Positions 1-9,689 of a stretch of 59,594 nt of DNA are shown here, piece by piece. Position numbers and translations under genes: made by a program. How positions within the stretch are numbered: position 1 is the first letter of the stretch; the number at the start of each line of letters is the position of its first letter. This DNA is from a virus (lineage: Duplodnaviria; Caudoviricetes), in IMG/VR virus record IMGVR_UViG_3300021057_000001, positions 1 to 59,594 of that record; one strand, given 5' to 3'. Below the pieces are notes generated by a model that did no database searches, was not told the origin of the DNA, and worked only from the letters and a program-made list of their open reading frames with translations.

Positions 1-127
1 GGCGCACTGGCCAAGGAACTCGACGAGTTCGGTCAGCGCCTTTCGGACTGAGCGATCGATCATGCGCTGGACGTCTGCGCTGTCCGGCGTGTGCTTCACG
101 GCTTTCTCCCATAGACGAGCAACTCGA
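1..127 (+). repeat. Terminal direct repeat, copy 1 (assembly overlap)
   Basis: Identical to 59468-59594; 127 nt is a common assembler k-mer length; falls inside coding sequence. Confidence 0.9.
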
Positions 128-401
128 CGAGCGGCCCCTTGTGCTCGCTGTCGAATACCCAGCACACGCCGCCAACCGCATCGACGGTCTTGGTCTCCAC
201 GATGATCGACCGCCGGTCCGGCCGGTAAACGCCGCGTTGGCTGCCGTACTCCGCGACGATGCGCGGTGTTGCGTCTCGCTTGCCACAGCGGATGCACACG
301 TCGATGCCGGAGAACGAGCAGCCGCTCTTGGCGCACTCAGCGCGTGCGCGCTCGGCCTCTTTGGCGAGACGCTCACGGTAATCGGGATCCATGAATGACA
401 T
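96..401 (-). CDS. Hypothetical protein with Cys motifs
   Basis: ORF MSFMDPDY...; overlaps neighbours in the early operon; CIRCG motif. Confidence 0.6.
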   Translation of the reverse strand: MSFMDPDYRERLAKEAERARAECAKSGCSFSGIDVCIRCGKRDATPRIVAEYGSQRGVYRPDRRSIIVETKTVDAVGGVCWVFDSEHKGPLVELLVYGRKP

Positions 402-703
402 CACTCCCCTCCCTCTCTCGTGGGCGGGCGACCGCAGCCGGGGCGCCAGTTCAATGCGTCGCGCGGACCGTTCAGGTTGAACTGCCAATCGGCACCAAGA
501 TCAAACGCCGCACACAGCCCCGCCGCGTCTCGCAGGTTGCGGGCGAGGTTCGTCAGCACCGCGTTCGTCGCCGCTGCGTCGCCTTGCGGGTACACGTTGC
601 GGCACCCCATGCAGAGCAGGCGCGTCCGGTTGTCGACGACCCACGGCAGCATGATCCCGCGCGAGGACTGACAGAGATCGCACCGCACCCCACCGCTAGA
701 CAT
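401..703 (-). CDS. Hypothetical Zn-finger protein
   Basis: CDLC and CMGC pairs; tightly coupled to neighbours. Confidence 0.6.
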   Translation of the reverse strand: MSSGGVRCDLCQSSRGIMLPWVVDNRTRLLCMGCRNVYPQGDAAATNAVLTNLARNLRDAAGLCAAFDLGADWQFNLNGPRDALNWRPGCGRPPTREGGE

Positions 704-884
704 GGGGTTTGCTCCGGGTCATGGCGTGCGTGGTGTCCGGGTACGGATTCATCCGCGTGCGACGAAACACCTTGGCGCACCGCGAACACATCCACGCGTT
801 ACCGTCGTCGCGCCAGAGCATCTTGCCGTTGCAACCGATGGTGCGCTGTCTCGGCTTACGCGCCGCCCTCTGCGCGCGGGTCAT
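696..884 (-). CDS. Small hypothetical protein
   Basis: 62 aa, CSRC motif, overlaps flanking ORFs. Confidence 0.5.
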   Translation of the reverse strand: MTRAQRAARKPRQRTIGCNGKMLWRDDGNAWMCSRCAKVFRRTRMNPYPDTTHAMTRSKPHV

Positions 885-1210
885 GGCGACTCCGTTGGAG
901 TGAGGGCGGCGGTCCCCGCGTTCTCCTTGGCGTCAGCCTTCGCCCAGTTCGCCTGAACGGCGTTGGCCACGCGAATCAGCCGCTCACCGACCCGACGAAG
1001 CGCGGCCACGTCGCGCGCGAACTCGCGATCCCACGTTAGGCGTTCGACCATCTCCGCTTCGCTCTCCATGTGGGTCTCGATGCCGAGCCCGTACATGCTC
1101 ACGAGCGGCGGCACGATGCTCTCCAGGACGAAGCGCTCTTGCTCGCAGATGAACTCGAAGCCGTCGATACCGGCCTCTCGCAGATCTGGGATCTCAACGT
1201 CGATCTTCAT
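881..1210 (-). CDS. Hypothetical protein
   Basis: MKIDVEIPDL... after AGGAG; 4-nt overlaps with neighbours. Confidence 0.6.
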   Translation of the reverse strand: MKIDVEIPDLREAGIDGFEFICEQERFVLESIVPPLVSMYGLGIETHMESEAEMVERLTWDREFARDVAALRRVGERLIRVANAVQANWAKADAKENAGTAALTPTESP

Positions 1211-1344
1211 GGCGTCTCCTTGCTGTTGAGCGCGTCGATCGCGGCGTCTAACTCCATCGTGCACTTCCACACCGGAGCGCCAGGATCGTTGCGTGCGATG
1301 AGCGCCCTTGCATACGCCACCGCCTCGTCGATGTTGGGGGTCAT
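1207..1344 (-). CDS. Small hypothetical protein
   Basis: ATGA-type overlaps on both sides. Confidence 0.45.
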   Translation of the reverse strand: MTPNIDEAVAYARALIARNDPGAPVWKCTMELDAAIDALNSKETP

Positions 1345-1679
1345 GGGTTCTTGAACCCCGGCAAGAACTGCACGCCAACGGTCGCCACGATTGCGGGCCG
1401 CCATACCGCGCCGCAGTGTTGGCACGCGTGCGTGTGGTGCGGCTTCGTTGCGAACTCGCCTTCGTCAATGTGTAGCCTGCCGCACTCGGGACAGAGCAGA
1501 CGCATCGGGATCGGCGAATCGTCCCCTGCGCCGCGCGCTGACCACTGTCCGATCTGGAACGCGTGCGCGATTGCCTGACGCGTGTGTCCCTTTGTGACCA
1601 TCTTCGCCTCCCATTCGTCGCCAGCGGACACGGCGTCGCGAATGACCGCGCACGCCTTCTCGTATTCTTCGTCTGTCAT
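1341..1679 (-). CDS. Phage Zn-ribbon protein
   Basis: PIPMRLLCPECGRLHID...HHTHACQHCG motif. Confidence 0.65.
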   Translation of the reverse strand: MTDEEYEKACAVIRDAVSAGDEWEAKMVTKGHTRQAIAHAFQIGQWSARGAGDDSPIPMRLLCPECGRLHIDEGEFATKPHHTHACQHCGAVWRPAIVATVGVQFLPGFKNP

Positions 1680-2027
1680 CTACCCCTCCTCGGTGTCGTG
1701 GGTGGCGATGGCGTGCGCGAGCACGTGCGCTTGGCACAGGTCGCAAAGCTCGTCGCTCTTGTTCGTGGGGCAGCAGTCGAAGCGGTCAGCGCCGGGTCGC
1801 GCGCCTGATTCGAGGTACGGCGCCGCCAACTCCGCCGCCCTGATCTCCACCGCCACCTCCGGCGGGGCGTCGTTCGACGGCCCCAGCGCCAACCACGCCC
1901 CGCAGTCGAGGCAGCGCAACTGCTCGATGTGAACGATGCGCGCCTCGGCCTCGCATCTGTCCTCGTCGATCGGCCAGTACCACTCGCCCGGCATCAGGTG
2001 GTCGGCGTTCTCGTGCCTACACCTCAC
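1680..2027 (-). CDS. Hypothetical Cys-rich protein
   Basis: CLDCG and CDLC motifs; operon context. Confidence 0.55.
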   Translation of the reverse strand: MRCRHENADHLMPGEWYWPIDEDRCEAEARIVHIEQLRCLDCGAWLALGPSNDAPPEVAVEIRAAELAAPYLESGARPGADRFDCCPTNKSDELCDLCQAHVLAHAIATHDTEEG

Positions 2028-2401
2028 CGCTCACCTCCGAGCGCGTCGAGGGCGGCACGGAGATTGGCGGCGGTCTCCTGCGCGTACTCGCGCCAACCCG
2101 CGATCAGGTGCGCGCGGTCGGCCTTATCGAGCATGCGCTGATACGCCCGCGCCGCCTCCACCGCCGCCTCCAGTTCAAGGACGCGGCGGGCGAGGTCGGC
2201 GCAGTGATTGACGGCGAAGGCGATGTACTGCGCGTCTCCGCGCTTGAGATGCGTCGGACTGATGCCGCCGAGGCCGCCGACAAACCAGTCGGGGTTCTCG
2301 CTGCCGTCGGACATCGTGCCGTGACTTGACGGCTCTGCCTCGTTGCGGCGCGTCCTCTTCGCGTCTAGCTCCAACGCCCGCTGGGCGAGGTGGGTGGTCA
2401 T
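2024..2401 (-). CDS. Hypothetical protein (Ead/Ea22-like)
   Basis: DAQYIAFAVN...LARRVLELE pattern typical of phage early accessory proteins. Confidence 0.5.
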   Translation of the reverse strand: MTTHLAQRALELDAKRTRRNEAEPSSHGTMSDGSENPDWFVGGLGGISPTHLKRGDAQYIAFAVNHCADLARRVLELEAAVEAARAYQRMLDKADRAHLIAGWREYAQETAANLRAALDALGGER

Positions 2402-2694
2402 GGTTTGGCTCCGGTGAGGCGGGCGAGGACATCGCGTGCTGCGCCTGCTTCCTGGCTCGCGCCCATGTTGTGCACGTAGTAACGGACGCACGCCGCCGCG
2501 AACCCGAGCGCCTCTCGCTCCTCGTCGGTGAGGCGGAGGGCGCGCAGTTCGGCAATGAGGTCGAGGACGTCGAGCGCGACGTGCTCCTCGTTGAGCGCGC
2601 CTTTGCGGCTAACGTGCGCGCCCGTGCCGGCATCGAAGGTCCAGCCCGCCGCGCGCCGCTCCATCGCCGCCAACTCCTCATCACTCAGCCTCAT
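2398..2694 (-). CDS. Hypothetical protein
   Basis: MRLSDEELAAMERR...LIAELRALR; coupled starts and stops. Confidence 0.55.
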   Translation of the reverse strand: MRLSDEELAAMERRAAGWTFDAGTGAHVSRKGALNEEHVALDVLDLIAELRALRLTDEEREALGFAAACVRYYVHNMGASQEAGAARDVLARLTGAKP

Positions 2695-3301
2695 CGCTGC
2701 CTCCGGTTGGGTGGTGGTCGAGGGCGGCGAGCTGATGGACGAGCACAACGGCAGCATCCACGGCGAGCAGCGCTTGGTACGGCATGTCATCGCGTGACGC
2801 GCAATGCTCCTCGAACACGATGGATCGCGCGTCGTCGAGAGCGCCGCGTCTGCTGGCCAACGCCTCCGCCGCCGCCACTACCAGGCGAGCGGCGCGGAGT
2901 TCGCGCACGACACAGCGCACGGAAGCCATGCAGCAGTCGTCGCCACTAGACTGCTCCAGCGTGGTTAGCTCGCTCTCGGTGAGGATGTCGAGGTCGGTCA
3001 TGGCTTTTCCTTGCGCCACGCCCCGTGGCGAAGCCCGCACCTCCGCGAGTTCGCGCGTTGTGGTGGAGAGTTGGGAGCGGAGGGCAGCGCCGTCAGCGCA
3101 AAGTTGCGCGATGTCTCGCGTGTGGACGAGGTGTAGCTCTTGGAGGGCCGACTTCGTTTGCTCCAACTCGGCGTTCACCGCGAGCCATTGCTCGTGGTTC
3201 ACGATGTCGATCGACGCCCCGCGGGCTAGCTCACGGTTGAGGCGCTCGACTTCCTCGCGTAGGGCGACCACGGTCATTTCCGGCGTGAACGAATCGGACA
3301 T
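2681..3301 (-). CDS. Hypothetical coiled-coil protein (possible internal start at 3001)
   Basis: Continuous ORF with heptad-rich N half; in-frame ATG at 3001 preceded by AAGGA. Confidence 0.5.
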   Translation of the reverse strand: MSDSFTPEMTVVALREEVERLNRELARGASIDIVNHEQWLAVNAELEQTKSALQELHLVHTRDIAQLCADGAALRSQLSTTTRELAEVRASPRGVAQGKAMTDLDILTESELTTLEQSSGDDCCMASVRCVVRELRAARLVVAAAEALASRRGALDDARSIVFEEHCASRDDMPYQALLAVDAAVVLVHQLAALDHHPTGGSDEAE

Positions 3302-3849
3302 CACCCACCCCCAGCGAGGACGCGGAGTTCGGCGAGGCGCTCGCGCTCATTGGTGAATTGCGCGCCAGTGTCCTCGTCGCGGAAGTCGTCGAACGTCTGC
3401 GCGATCTCACACGCCTCTCGCAGCAGCGCGCGCAGGCGGTCGCGGTCGGCGCGCGCCTCATCGCGCTCGACGTGCGCCACGTTGACGTCTCCGAGCGCCT
3501 CGACCATCCCCTCGGTGACGCGGAGTTTGTCGCGCAGGTCATCCCGCTCCGCCGTCATCTCCCCGAGCAACTCGCTCGTCGCCGCTTCGTTGGCCCACGC
3601 GGTCTCGGCGTCGGCGCGCAACCTCTCGCACTCCGCGATACACTCGGGGACGGCCGTGCGGGCGAGGTTCCAGAGCGCGGCGTCAGCGCGGATCTGCGCG
3701 CACCTTGCGTCGTAGTTGGCGCCTTCGACGGGCGGGCCAACCATGTGCATGCGCCCGGTCGCGGCGATGAGCGGCTGACCGTCAGCATCAGCGCGCGTCG
3801 CCTTGTCCGCCGCTTCCTTCCAGGCTTGGAGGGTGGGGGTGGGGATCAT
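3301..3849 (-). CDS. Ead/Ea22-like coiled-coil protein
   Basis: AADKAT...ADAALWNLARTAVPECIAECERLR then AERD repeats. Confidence 0.55.
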   Translation of the reverse strand: MIPTPTLQAWKEAADKATRADADGQPLIAATGRMHMVGPPVEGANYDARCAQIRADAALWNLARTAVPECIAECERLRADAETAWANEAATSELLGEMTAERDDLRDKLRVTEGMVEALGDVNVAHVERDEARADRDRLRALLREACEIAQTFDDFRDEDTGAQFTNERERLAELRVLAGGG

Positions 3850-4064
3850 GGGGTGCTCGCTTTCGGGGTGCGGCGCTTAGGCTCGATTGGGTCCCAGTCG
3901 ACGAATTCGCAGTCGCCCTCGCTGCTGAGCGCGCGATACGGCACGGTCTCGTCGACGACGTCGTCCAGTTCGATCTCGCCGGCTTCGAGCTGGCGGAGTT
4001 GCTTGGCGGTCACAGAGACGTCGACCATCACGGTCGCCCGCCATTCCACTCGAATCTTCGGCAT
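3846..4064 (-). CDS. Hypothetical protein
   Basis: 72 aa with GAGG upstream. Confidence 0.55.
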   Translation of the reverse strand: MPKIRVEWRATVMVDVSVTAKQLRQLEAGEIELDDVVDETVPYRALSSEGDCEFVDWDPIEPKRRTPKASTP

Positions 4065-4115
4065 GTCACTTCCTCTCCTTCCTCGCCGCGATGAGTGCGG
4101 CGCAGCGGGTGCGGG

Positions 4116-4865
4116 TCATGGCTCACCGCCGATTGCCAGTTCACGCTGGGCGAGACGCGCGACGATGTGCTCGCACTGCTCGCGACGCAGCTCGATCCCG
4201 ATCGCGCGCCGGCCCTCGCGACGGGCGACGGCGAGCGTGGTTCCACTACCGGCGAACGGGTCGAGCACAACGCCACCGGGTGGAACGCTGTACGCGATCA
4301 GCGGCTGGACGATGCCTTCCGGCTTCTGCGTCTCGTTCACTGCGTAGCCGTGGCAGCCGCGGACGTAGAGCACCGAGCGCATGTGTCGCGGTCCGCCATC
4401 CTCGGCAACGTACACACTCTCGCCGATTGCGCCCCACTGCGGCGGGCGCTTCTTCCGACGCACCTGCCGCGCGACGCTGTCGGCTGTGAACTGCGGCTTG
4501 ATATACAGCGACGACCACTCGCCTTGATAGAACTGCACCGCCAGCTCGTGGACCCGCTTGAAGCGGTCCGCGGCCATGTTCGACCCGTTGTGCTTCTCCC
4601 AGACGACTTCTTGCCCGAGCGTCCAGTCGGCGAACTCGTCGCGACGGTCCCAGAACATGCGGAACGAGCCGAAGCACCACAGCTGCGGCGCGAGTCGCGA
4701 TAGCGCGGTGGGCCAGCCGAGCGGCCACCGATCCCACGACAGGTGCTCCGTCACGTGGTACGGAGGATCGGTGACGACGGCGTCAACTGGTGCGAGCAGC
4801 GGCAACACCTCGAGGCAGTTGCCGTTGTAGAGCGTGACAAGATCGTCCTGGTAGAAGGGCGTCAC
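4116..4865 (-). CDS. DNA amino-methyltransferase (N6-A/N4-C, beta class)
   Basis: VTDPPY catalytic motif, TQKP, VLDPFAGSGTT SAM-binding motif, GIEL. Confidence 0.92.
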   Translation of the reverse strand: MTPFYQDDLVTLYNGNCLEVLPLLAPVDAVVTDPPYHVTEHLSWDRWPLGWPTALSRLAPQLWCFGSFRMFWDRRDEFADWTLGQEVVWEKHNGSNMAADRFKRVHELAVQFYQGEWSSLYIKPQFTADSVARQVRRKKRPPQWGAIGESVYVAEDGGPRHMRSVLYVRGCHGYAVNETQKPEGIVQPLIAYSVPPGGVVLDPFAGSGTTLAVARREGRRAIGIELRREQCEHIVARLAQRELAIGGEP

Positions 4866-4926
4866 CTCTGCCCCCTCCTCACCGCCACCGCCCGCTCGAA
4901 CGCCGCACGGTCGCCCAGGGCGGCGG

Positions 4927-5301
4927 TCATGGCTTCACCGCCCACTGCGCCGGATCCCACGGATTCTCGCCGCGCCGGATCGCCGCCCACTCGTCCTCGG
5001 TCGGCGAGCGAAACTCGCCTTCGAGCCACGAGTCGTGCTCGCCCTCGTACGAGCGCGACGACTTGGTCTTGCCCTCCCAGATGAAGATGCCCTCGTCTTT
5101 CGGCTCGATGCCGAGGTCGTCGAGACCACAGCCGAGCCCGGTCTCGGTGATGTCGAACTCGACATGCGGCCCGACGGTCCACAGCACGCAGCCGCCGTGC
5201 TCGCCCATGGCGACGACGGCAAGCGACGGCTTGGTCCAGTCGTAGCCGTCCCAGCCTTCGATGCCGTCTTTCACCGGCTTGATCTCCACGAAGTCGCTCA
5301 T
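4927..5301 (-). CDS. Hypothetical protein
   Basis: 124 aa acidic ORF with GGAGG upstream. Confidence 0.6.
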   Translation of the reverse strand: MSDFVEIKPVKDGIEGWDGYDWTKPSLAVVAMGEHGGCVLWTVGPHVEFDITETGLGCGLDDLGIEPKDEGIFIWEGKTKSSRSYEGEHDSWLEGEFRSPTEDEWAAIRRGENPWDPAQWAVKP

Positions 5302-5675
5302 CGCCTCGCCTCCAGCGCCGCGAGCACCGAGAGCAGATCGCGCACCAGGTCACGCACCTGCGCCGGCTCGAGGTGCGCCATCGCGTCGTCCCCCGTGACA
5401 TCGAACAGCGTGAAGCGGACGAACTTGCCGCCGTCCTCCGCGGCGAGCACGTAGGCCAGGCCGTCCTTGTTCAGCTCGCGCCGGATCTCGGCGGTCGGCG
5501 CCGGCGGCGGAGCCCAGCGCGCATCGGGCGGCAGCGAGCGCGCGACGCGGAGCAGCTCGGCGAGCGCGAAGTGCTGCGCGGAGACGCGTCGCGTGTCATG
5601 CGCCTCTACCAGCTGGGCCACGAAGGCGAGCACGATGTCGGGGGTAACGGGGAGTGGTGATGTGGCGGTCGCCAT
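5298..5675 (-). CDS. Hypothetical protein
   Basis: MATATSPLP..., coupled to neighbours. Confidence 0.55.
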   Translation of the reverse strand: MATATSPLPVTPDIVLAFVAQLVEAHDTRRVSAQHFALAELLRVARSLPPDARWAPPPAPTAEIRRELNKDGLAYVLAAEDGGKFVRFTLFDVTGDDAMAHLEPAQVRDLVRDLLSVLAALEARR

Positions 5676-5677
5676 GA

Positions 5678-7258
5678 TCAGGCTGCCTTTCGTGCGTTCG
5701 CGGTCAGCAGCGCGAGCGGCATCACGGGCGACACGCTGTTGCCGCACATGCGGATCTGGGCCGTCTTCGTCAGCGGCTTGCCGTTGGGGCCCGGCGGATC
5801 GATCCTGTATCCGTCCGGAAAGCCCTGCGCGCGGAATAGCTCGCGCGGCGTGAGCATCCTCATGCCGATGTCGACCACCGCGTACTCCTCGCCGTCGATC
5901 GTGACGGTAACGAGGCCGAAGCGATCGCGGGTGTCGATCGTCGTCAGCGGTTGCGTGACCGGCTGACCCGTCGACGTGCCGTTGTAGCGTGCGAGGAAGC
6001 ACGCTACGAGCGAGTGGTGGTCGCGAACCGTCACCGCGCTGAAAGGCGCCTCGAGCGAAGCGCCGCCAGGCCATCCACCCGTCGGGCGATCGGAGTAGTG
6101 CTTCGCCAGGAACGCGGCGCATAGCGCGAACTTCTCGCCTTGTGCCACCACGACGCCGAGCGGGCGCTGGATATCGTAGATGCGTGGCGCCTGCCCGACG
6201 CGCTCTCCGTTGGAGCGGTGGACGAGATATGGGACTGCGACCGCGAACTCGCCGCGCTTCGAGGCGGTGATGGTTCCGAGCGGTTCGTCGGCGGGCTTCG
6301 CGTCATTGCCTCCGCCGCTGTATGTCTTCGCCTTCATCATCAGAGGCGTCACGAGCGCGTGTCCGCCGCGTTGCCCTCCGGTGATGGTCGGCATCGGAGC
6401 GTCGATGTTGTGCACGCGTAGGTCCGTGCGCCCGACGCCGCCGTGGTTCACCGACACGACGAACGGTCGTGCGGCCTCCAGCACGTACTTGCGGATCCCG
6501 CGCGCGATTCGCGCGAGCGTCTTGTCGGCCAGCGGCCTCTCCCTCGCAAAGATCGACGGGCACGGGATGCTCCAGTCGATGCACTCGGCGGCGGTGCGGT
6601 ACGGCTGCGCGCGCCCTGGTCCGTGCGTCGGCTCGGGCCACGCGATCGCGTCGAGCGATGCCTGGAGGAACAGCCGCCGGCGCGTGGTCGGCGCGCCGAA
6701 GTCGCACGCACGCAACAGGCGATCCTCGACGGTATACCCGAGCCGCTCGAGCTTGCGCACGAAGGCGCGATAGGTCTCGCCCTTCCGCTCCTTGATGGGT
6801 TGTCCGGCACGCGGGCCAGTGCGGTGCAGCGGCCCCCAGTCGCGGAACTCCTCGACGTTCTCGATGATGATCAGCCGCGGGCGGACGCGCTGCGCCCAGG
6901 TCACCGCGACCCACGCCAGGCCGCGGATCTTCTGCTCGCGCGGCTTCCCGCCCTTCGCCTTGCTGTGGTGCTTGCAGTCCGGCGAAAACCACGCAAGCGC
7001 GACGGGGCGGCCACCGGTCGCTTTGCGCGGATCGACCTCCCACACGCTCTCGGTGTAGTGCTTGGTCTCGGGGTGATTCGCAGCGTGCATCGCGATCGCC
7101 TCCGGGTCGTGGTTCACCGCGACGTCCGGCGAGCGTCCGAGGGCGAGCTCGATACCGAGCGATGCCCCGCCGCCGCCGGCGAAGCTGTCGGCGATCAGCG
7201 CGTCGTTCGTCAGCCACGAGCGGATGACCGGCAGGCGGATCTGGTTCGACGCCTTCAC
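5678..7258 (-). CDS. DNA cytosine-5 methyltransferase
   Basis: FAGGGG (motif I), SPDC (IV), ENV (VI), TRRRLF (VIII), RMLTPREL..QGF (IX), GNSV (X). Confidence 0.95.
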   Translation of the reverse strand: MKASNQIRLPVIRSWLTNDALIADSFAGGGGASLGIELALGRSPDVAVNHDPEAIAMHAANHPETKHYTESVWEVDPRKATGGRPVALAWFSPDCKHHSKAKGGKPREQKIRGLAWVAVTWAQRVRPRLIIIENVEEFRDWGPLHRTGPRAGQPIKERKGETYRAFVRKLERLGYTVEDRLLRACDFGAPTTRRRLFLQASLDAIAWPEPTHGPGRAQPYRTAAECIDWSIPCPSIFARERPLADKTLARIARGIRKYVLEAARPFVVSVNHGGVGRTDLRVHNIDAPMPTITGGQRGGHALVTPLMMKAKTYSGGGNDAKPADEPLGTITASKRGEFAVAVPYLVHRSNGERVGQAPRIYDIQRPLGVVVAQGEKFALCAAFLAKHYSDRPTGGWPGGASLEAPFSAVTVRDHHSLVACFLARYNGTSTGQPVTQPLTTIDTRDRFGLVTVTIDGEEYAVVDIGMRMLTPRELFRAQGFPDGYRIDPPGPNGKPLTKTAQIRMCGNSVSPVMPLALLTANARKAA

Positions 7259-8443
7259 CTACGCCGACTCCAGCAGGCGATCGACGGCGTCCAGGTCCAG
7301 CTCCTTGCGCTCGCCCGCGGTCCACCCCTCAGGCTTCGGGAACTCGCCAAAGGGCATCGTGTCTTTCCCCCTGGTCACGCCGCCGAGCTTCTCCAGGCGC
7401 TCGACGATCTGGTTCTTGAGCTTCTCCGGGCTCACGCCAGGAACGCCGAACATCTGCGCCGCGCGCTTCAGCGCCGCCTGCGAGGTCTTCCGCTCGACGG
7501 CGAGCGCCTCGAACTCCTTGGCGTTCTCGCCGACGACTTCGCGGATTGCCTGCACGGCCTTGTCGCCGTCGAGGATCCGGTTTCCCTGCTTCGGGACGCG
7601 ACCGAACAGTTTACCGTTGCCGAGGTCGATCGGCCCATGCTCGTCGACGTAGGCCTGCCGGCGCGCCTTGGCTTCCTCGACCAGCTGCGATAGCCGCTCG
7701 AGCTCGAAGTGCGCCTCGCGCGCACGCTCGGGGGTAAGCGCGGTGTCGCCAATCGGGGCCAGGCCCTTCGAGGCCACCTGCACGAGCAGCCCGACCTTCG
7801 ACGGGCACCTCGACTTCGACGGGCAGTGCTTGCACCAGGTGCCCTCGCGCGTGGCGGGCGTAGAGCCTGCAGCGTACTCCTGGCGCAACTTCGCCTCTCG
7901 CACATGCAACCCCGAGAGCCGCGTCGCGAAGTCGGCCAGGTCGAACGCGTCGAGCGCGTGCTCGTCGATCGGCTGCCCGGGCATGTTCGTGTAGGCGATG
8001 CGAAGGATCGCGCGCGACTTCCCCAGCGCCCGCGCAGCCGCCAGGCCGTAGCCCCAGAGCTGCCAGTTGCGCGCGGCCGGATCGACCTCCTTGTGCCCGG
8101 TCTTCCAGTCGACGACAACGACCGCGTCACCGGCGACGCCGAGCACGTCGCACGAGCCGACGATCTCGAACGGCCCAGGCGAGCCGTAGTCGCGGCCGGA
8201 GCCCTCGCCGATGATGCGGGCGGTGCCGGTGGCGACGTCGAACGCGACCTTCACCTCGGCGCGAGAGCCGGGCGGGACGATGCGTGCGAGGCGAGGAGGG
8301 AGGGTGCCGGTGACGACCTGGCGAGCCAGATCCTCGTGCTCGTCGTTGCCGGCGTCGGCCCACGGGCTCTCGTTCTCGGCGCGGGGCAGGACGAGTGCGC
8401 CGTCGCAGGAGAGGAGGCGGGGGAGGGAGGACATGGTGATCAT
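7259..8443 (-). CDS. PD-(D/E)XK exonuclease, Cas4/RecB-like
   Basis: GSCD...VVDWKTG...QLWGY motifs; N-terminal Cys plus CKHCPSKSRC (possible Fe-S ligands); next to Sak4-like and SSB genes. Confidence 0.8.
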   Translation of the reverse strand: MITMSSLPRLLSCDGALVLPRAENESPWADAGNDEHEDLARQVVTGTLPPRLARIVPPGSRAEVKVAFDVATGTARIIGEGSGRDYGSPGPFEIVGSCDVLGVAGDAVVVVDWKTGHKEVDPAARNWQLWGYGLAAARALGKSRAILRIAYTNMPGQPIDEHALDAFDLADFATRLSGLHVREAKLRQEYAAGSTPATREGTWCKHCPSKSRCPSKVGLLVQVASKGLAPIGDTALTPERAREAHFELERLSQLVEEAKARRQAYVDEHGPIDLGNGKLFGRVPKQGNRILDGDKAVQAIREVVGENAKEFEALAVERKTSQAALKRAAQMFGVPGVSPEKLKNQIVERLEKLGGVTRGKDTMPFGEFPKPEGWTAGERKELDLDAVDRLLESA

Positions 8444-8742
8444 GGCGTCGACTCCGCGGGGCAAGCCCACTCGCTCGGCGGCTCGCGGTCGTCGACGAGC
8501 GCCGCGTGCTTGGCGAGCGCCGCATCGATGCCAGCGGACTTAACGAGCCCCATCGCGATTGCCGTTCGCACGGCGGCGACCACGACGCGCGCAGCATCTA
8601 GTTCGGCCATGATCGACGACAGCGCGTTGCCCGCCTCCGTCTGCTCGTGCCACGGCTCGCCATGGCGCAGGATGCGAATGCCGCCGAGGCTGCGGACGAA
8701 CGTGTACTTGCCGCTGTCGACGCGGACAACGTGATCCTTCAC
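8440..8742 (-). CDS. Hypothetical protein
   Basis: VDSGKYTF...ILRHGEPW motif; coupled to neighbours. Confidence 0.6.
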   Translation of the reverse strand: MKDHVVRVDSGKYTFVRSLGGIRILRHGEPWHEQTEAGNALSSIMAELDAARVVVAAVRTAIAMGLVKSAGIDAALAKHAALVDDREPPSEWACPAESTP

Positions 8743-9686
8743 GCGCTCACCCCATTCGTCAGCTTCGCCTTCCGCGCCTGGTACTCCTCGATCCCGCGCG
8801 CGTACAGCGCCGAGCCCTTCACCGGCTTTCCCTCGCCAGCGGCGGCGGCGTCGAGCTCGGCGAGGTTCCGGGCCGAGTCGAGCTTGGCGAGCCAGGACTC
8901 GAACGCGGCATCGAGGGCGGCGGTGAGGGGCGCGCTTGCGGGCGCCGGCTCGACGCGCGGGCGCTCCACGACGTCCGCGCCGTTCATCATCCAGTCCCAC
9001 ACCCGACGCGCGAAGTTCTCGCCCGGCTTCTCGAACAGGTCGCCGATCTCGATGAAGCCGTCGCAGCGCGTCTTCGCGATCTTCATCGCGTGCGTCAGGT
9101 CGACATCACCGACCAACGTGAACTCGTAATCCATCCCGTCCCGCTGGATGGAACCGAGCCCGAGCTTCTTGATCACCGTCTTGCCGTTCTCGACGTCCTG
9201 CACGTACTCCATCTTCTGGCGCATCGTCGCGATCACGTGCGACTTGGAGCCGAGCATCGCGTCGACGAGCGCGTTGTGCTTCGGCGTCACCGAGCGCCAC
9301 GCGGTCCACGAGTTTCCGCCGCGGTCGGCCGCCTGATCCTTCTGATCCAGCGCGCCATCCTTGCCGGCCCACGCGTGCGAGAGCGAGTCGATCACGATGA
9401 AGTCGTAGCCAGCGCGCTCGGCCTCCTCGATCTTCTCGACGTACGCGAGCGGGCTGAACGTGTCGAGCTCGCACACGTCGAAGTCGAACTTGTCGGCGTA
9501 CAGCGACGCGGAGCCGCGCTCGCTGTCGATGACGGCGATGCGGCCTTCGCCTCGCCCTGCCGCCTTGAGCAGCTTCCCGATCTCGGTTGCGATCCTCAGT
9601 GCCGAGTACGTCTTGCCGCTGCCCGCGAGACCGCAGAGCCCGAGCCGCAGCTTCGCCTTCGTCTTGACTGCCTTCTGGAATGCCAC
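8739..9686 (-). CDS. AAA ATPase, Sak4-like single-strand annealing protein
   Basis: Walker A GLAGSGKT, IDSERGS, Walker B IVIDSLSHAW, QRDGMDYEF. Confidence 0.85.
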   Translation of the reverse strand: MAFQKAVKTKAKLRLGLCGLAGSGKTYSALRIATEIGKLLKAAGRGEGRIAVIDSERGSASLYADKFDFDVCELDTFSPLAYVEKIEEAERAGYDFIVIDSLSHAWAGKDGALDQKDQAADRGGNSWTAWRSVTPKHNALVDAMLGSKSHVIATMRQKMEYVQDVENGKTVIKKLGLGSIQRDGMDYEFTLVGDVDLTHAMKIAKTRCDGFIEIGDLFEKPGENFARRVWDWMMNGADVVERPRVEPAPASAPLTAALDAAFESWLAKLDSARNLAELDAAAAGEGKPVKGSALYARGIEEYQARKAKLTNGVSA

Positions 9687-9689
9687 TTG

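Noticed and set aside
7259-8443. Cas4-like nuclease as evidence of a CRISPR-Cas system
   Set aside because: No repeat-spacer array or other cas genes seen; it sits in a standard SSB-Sak4-exonuclease recombination module.
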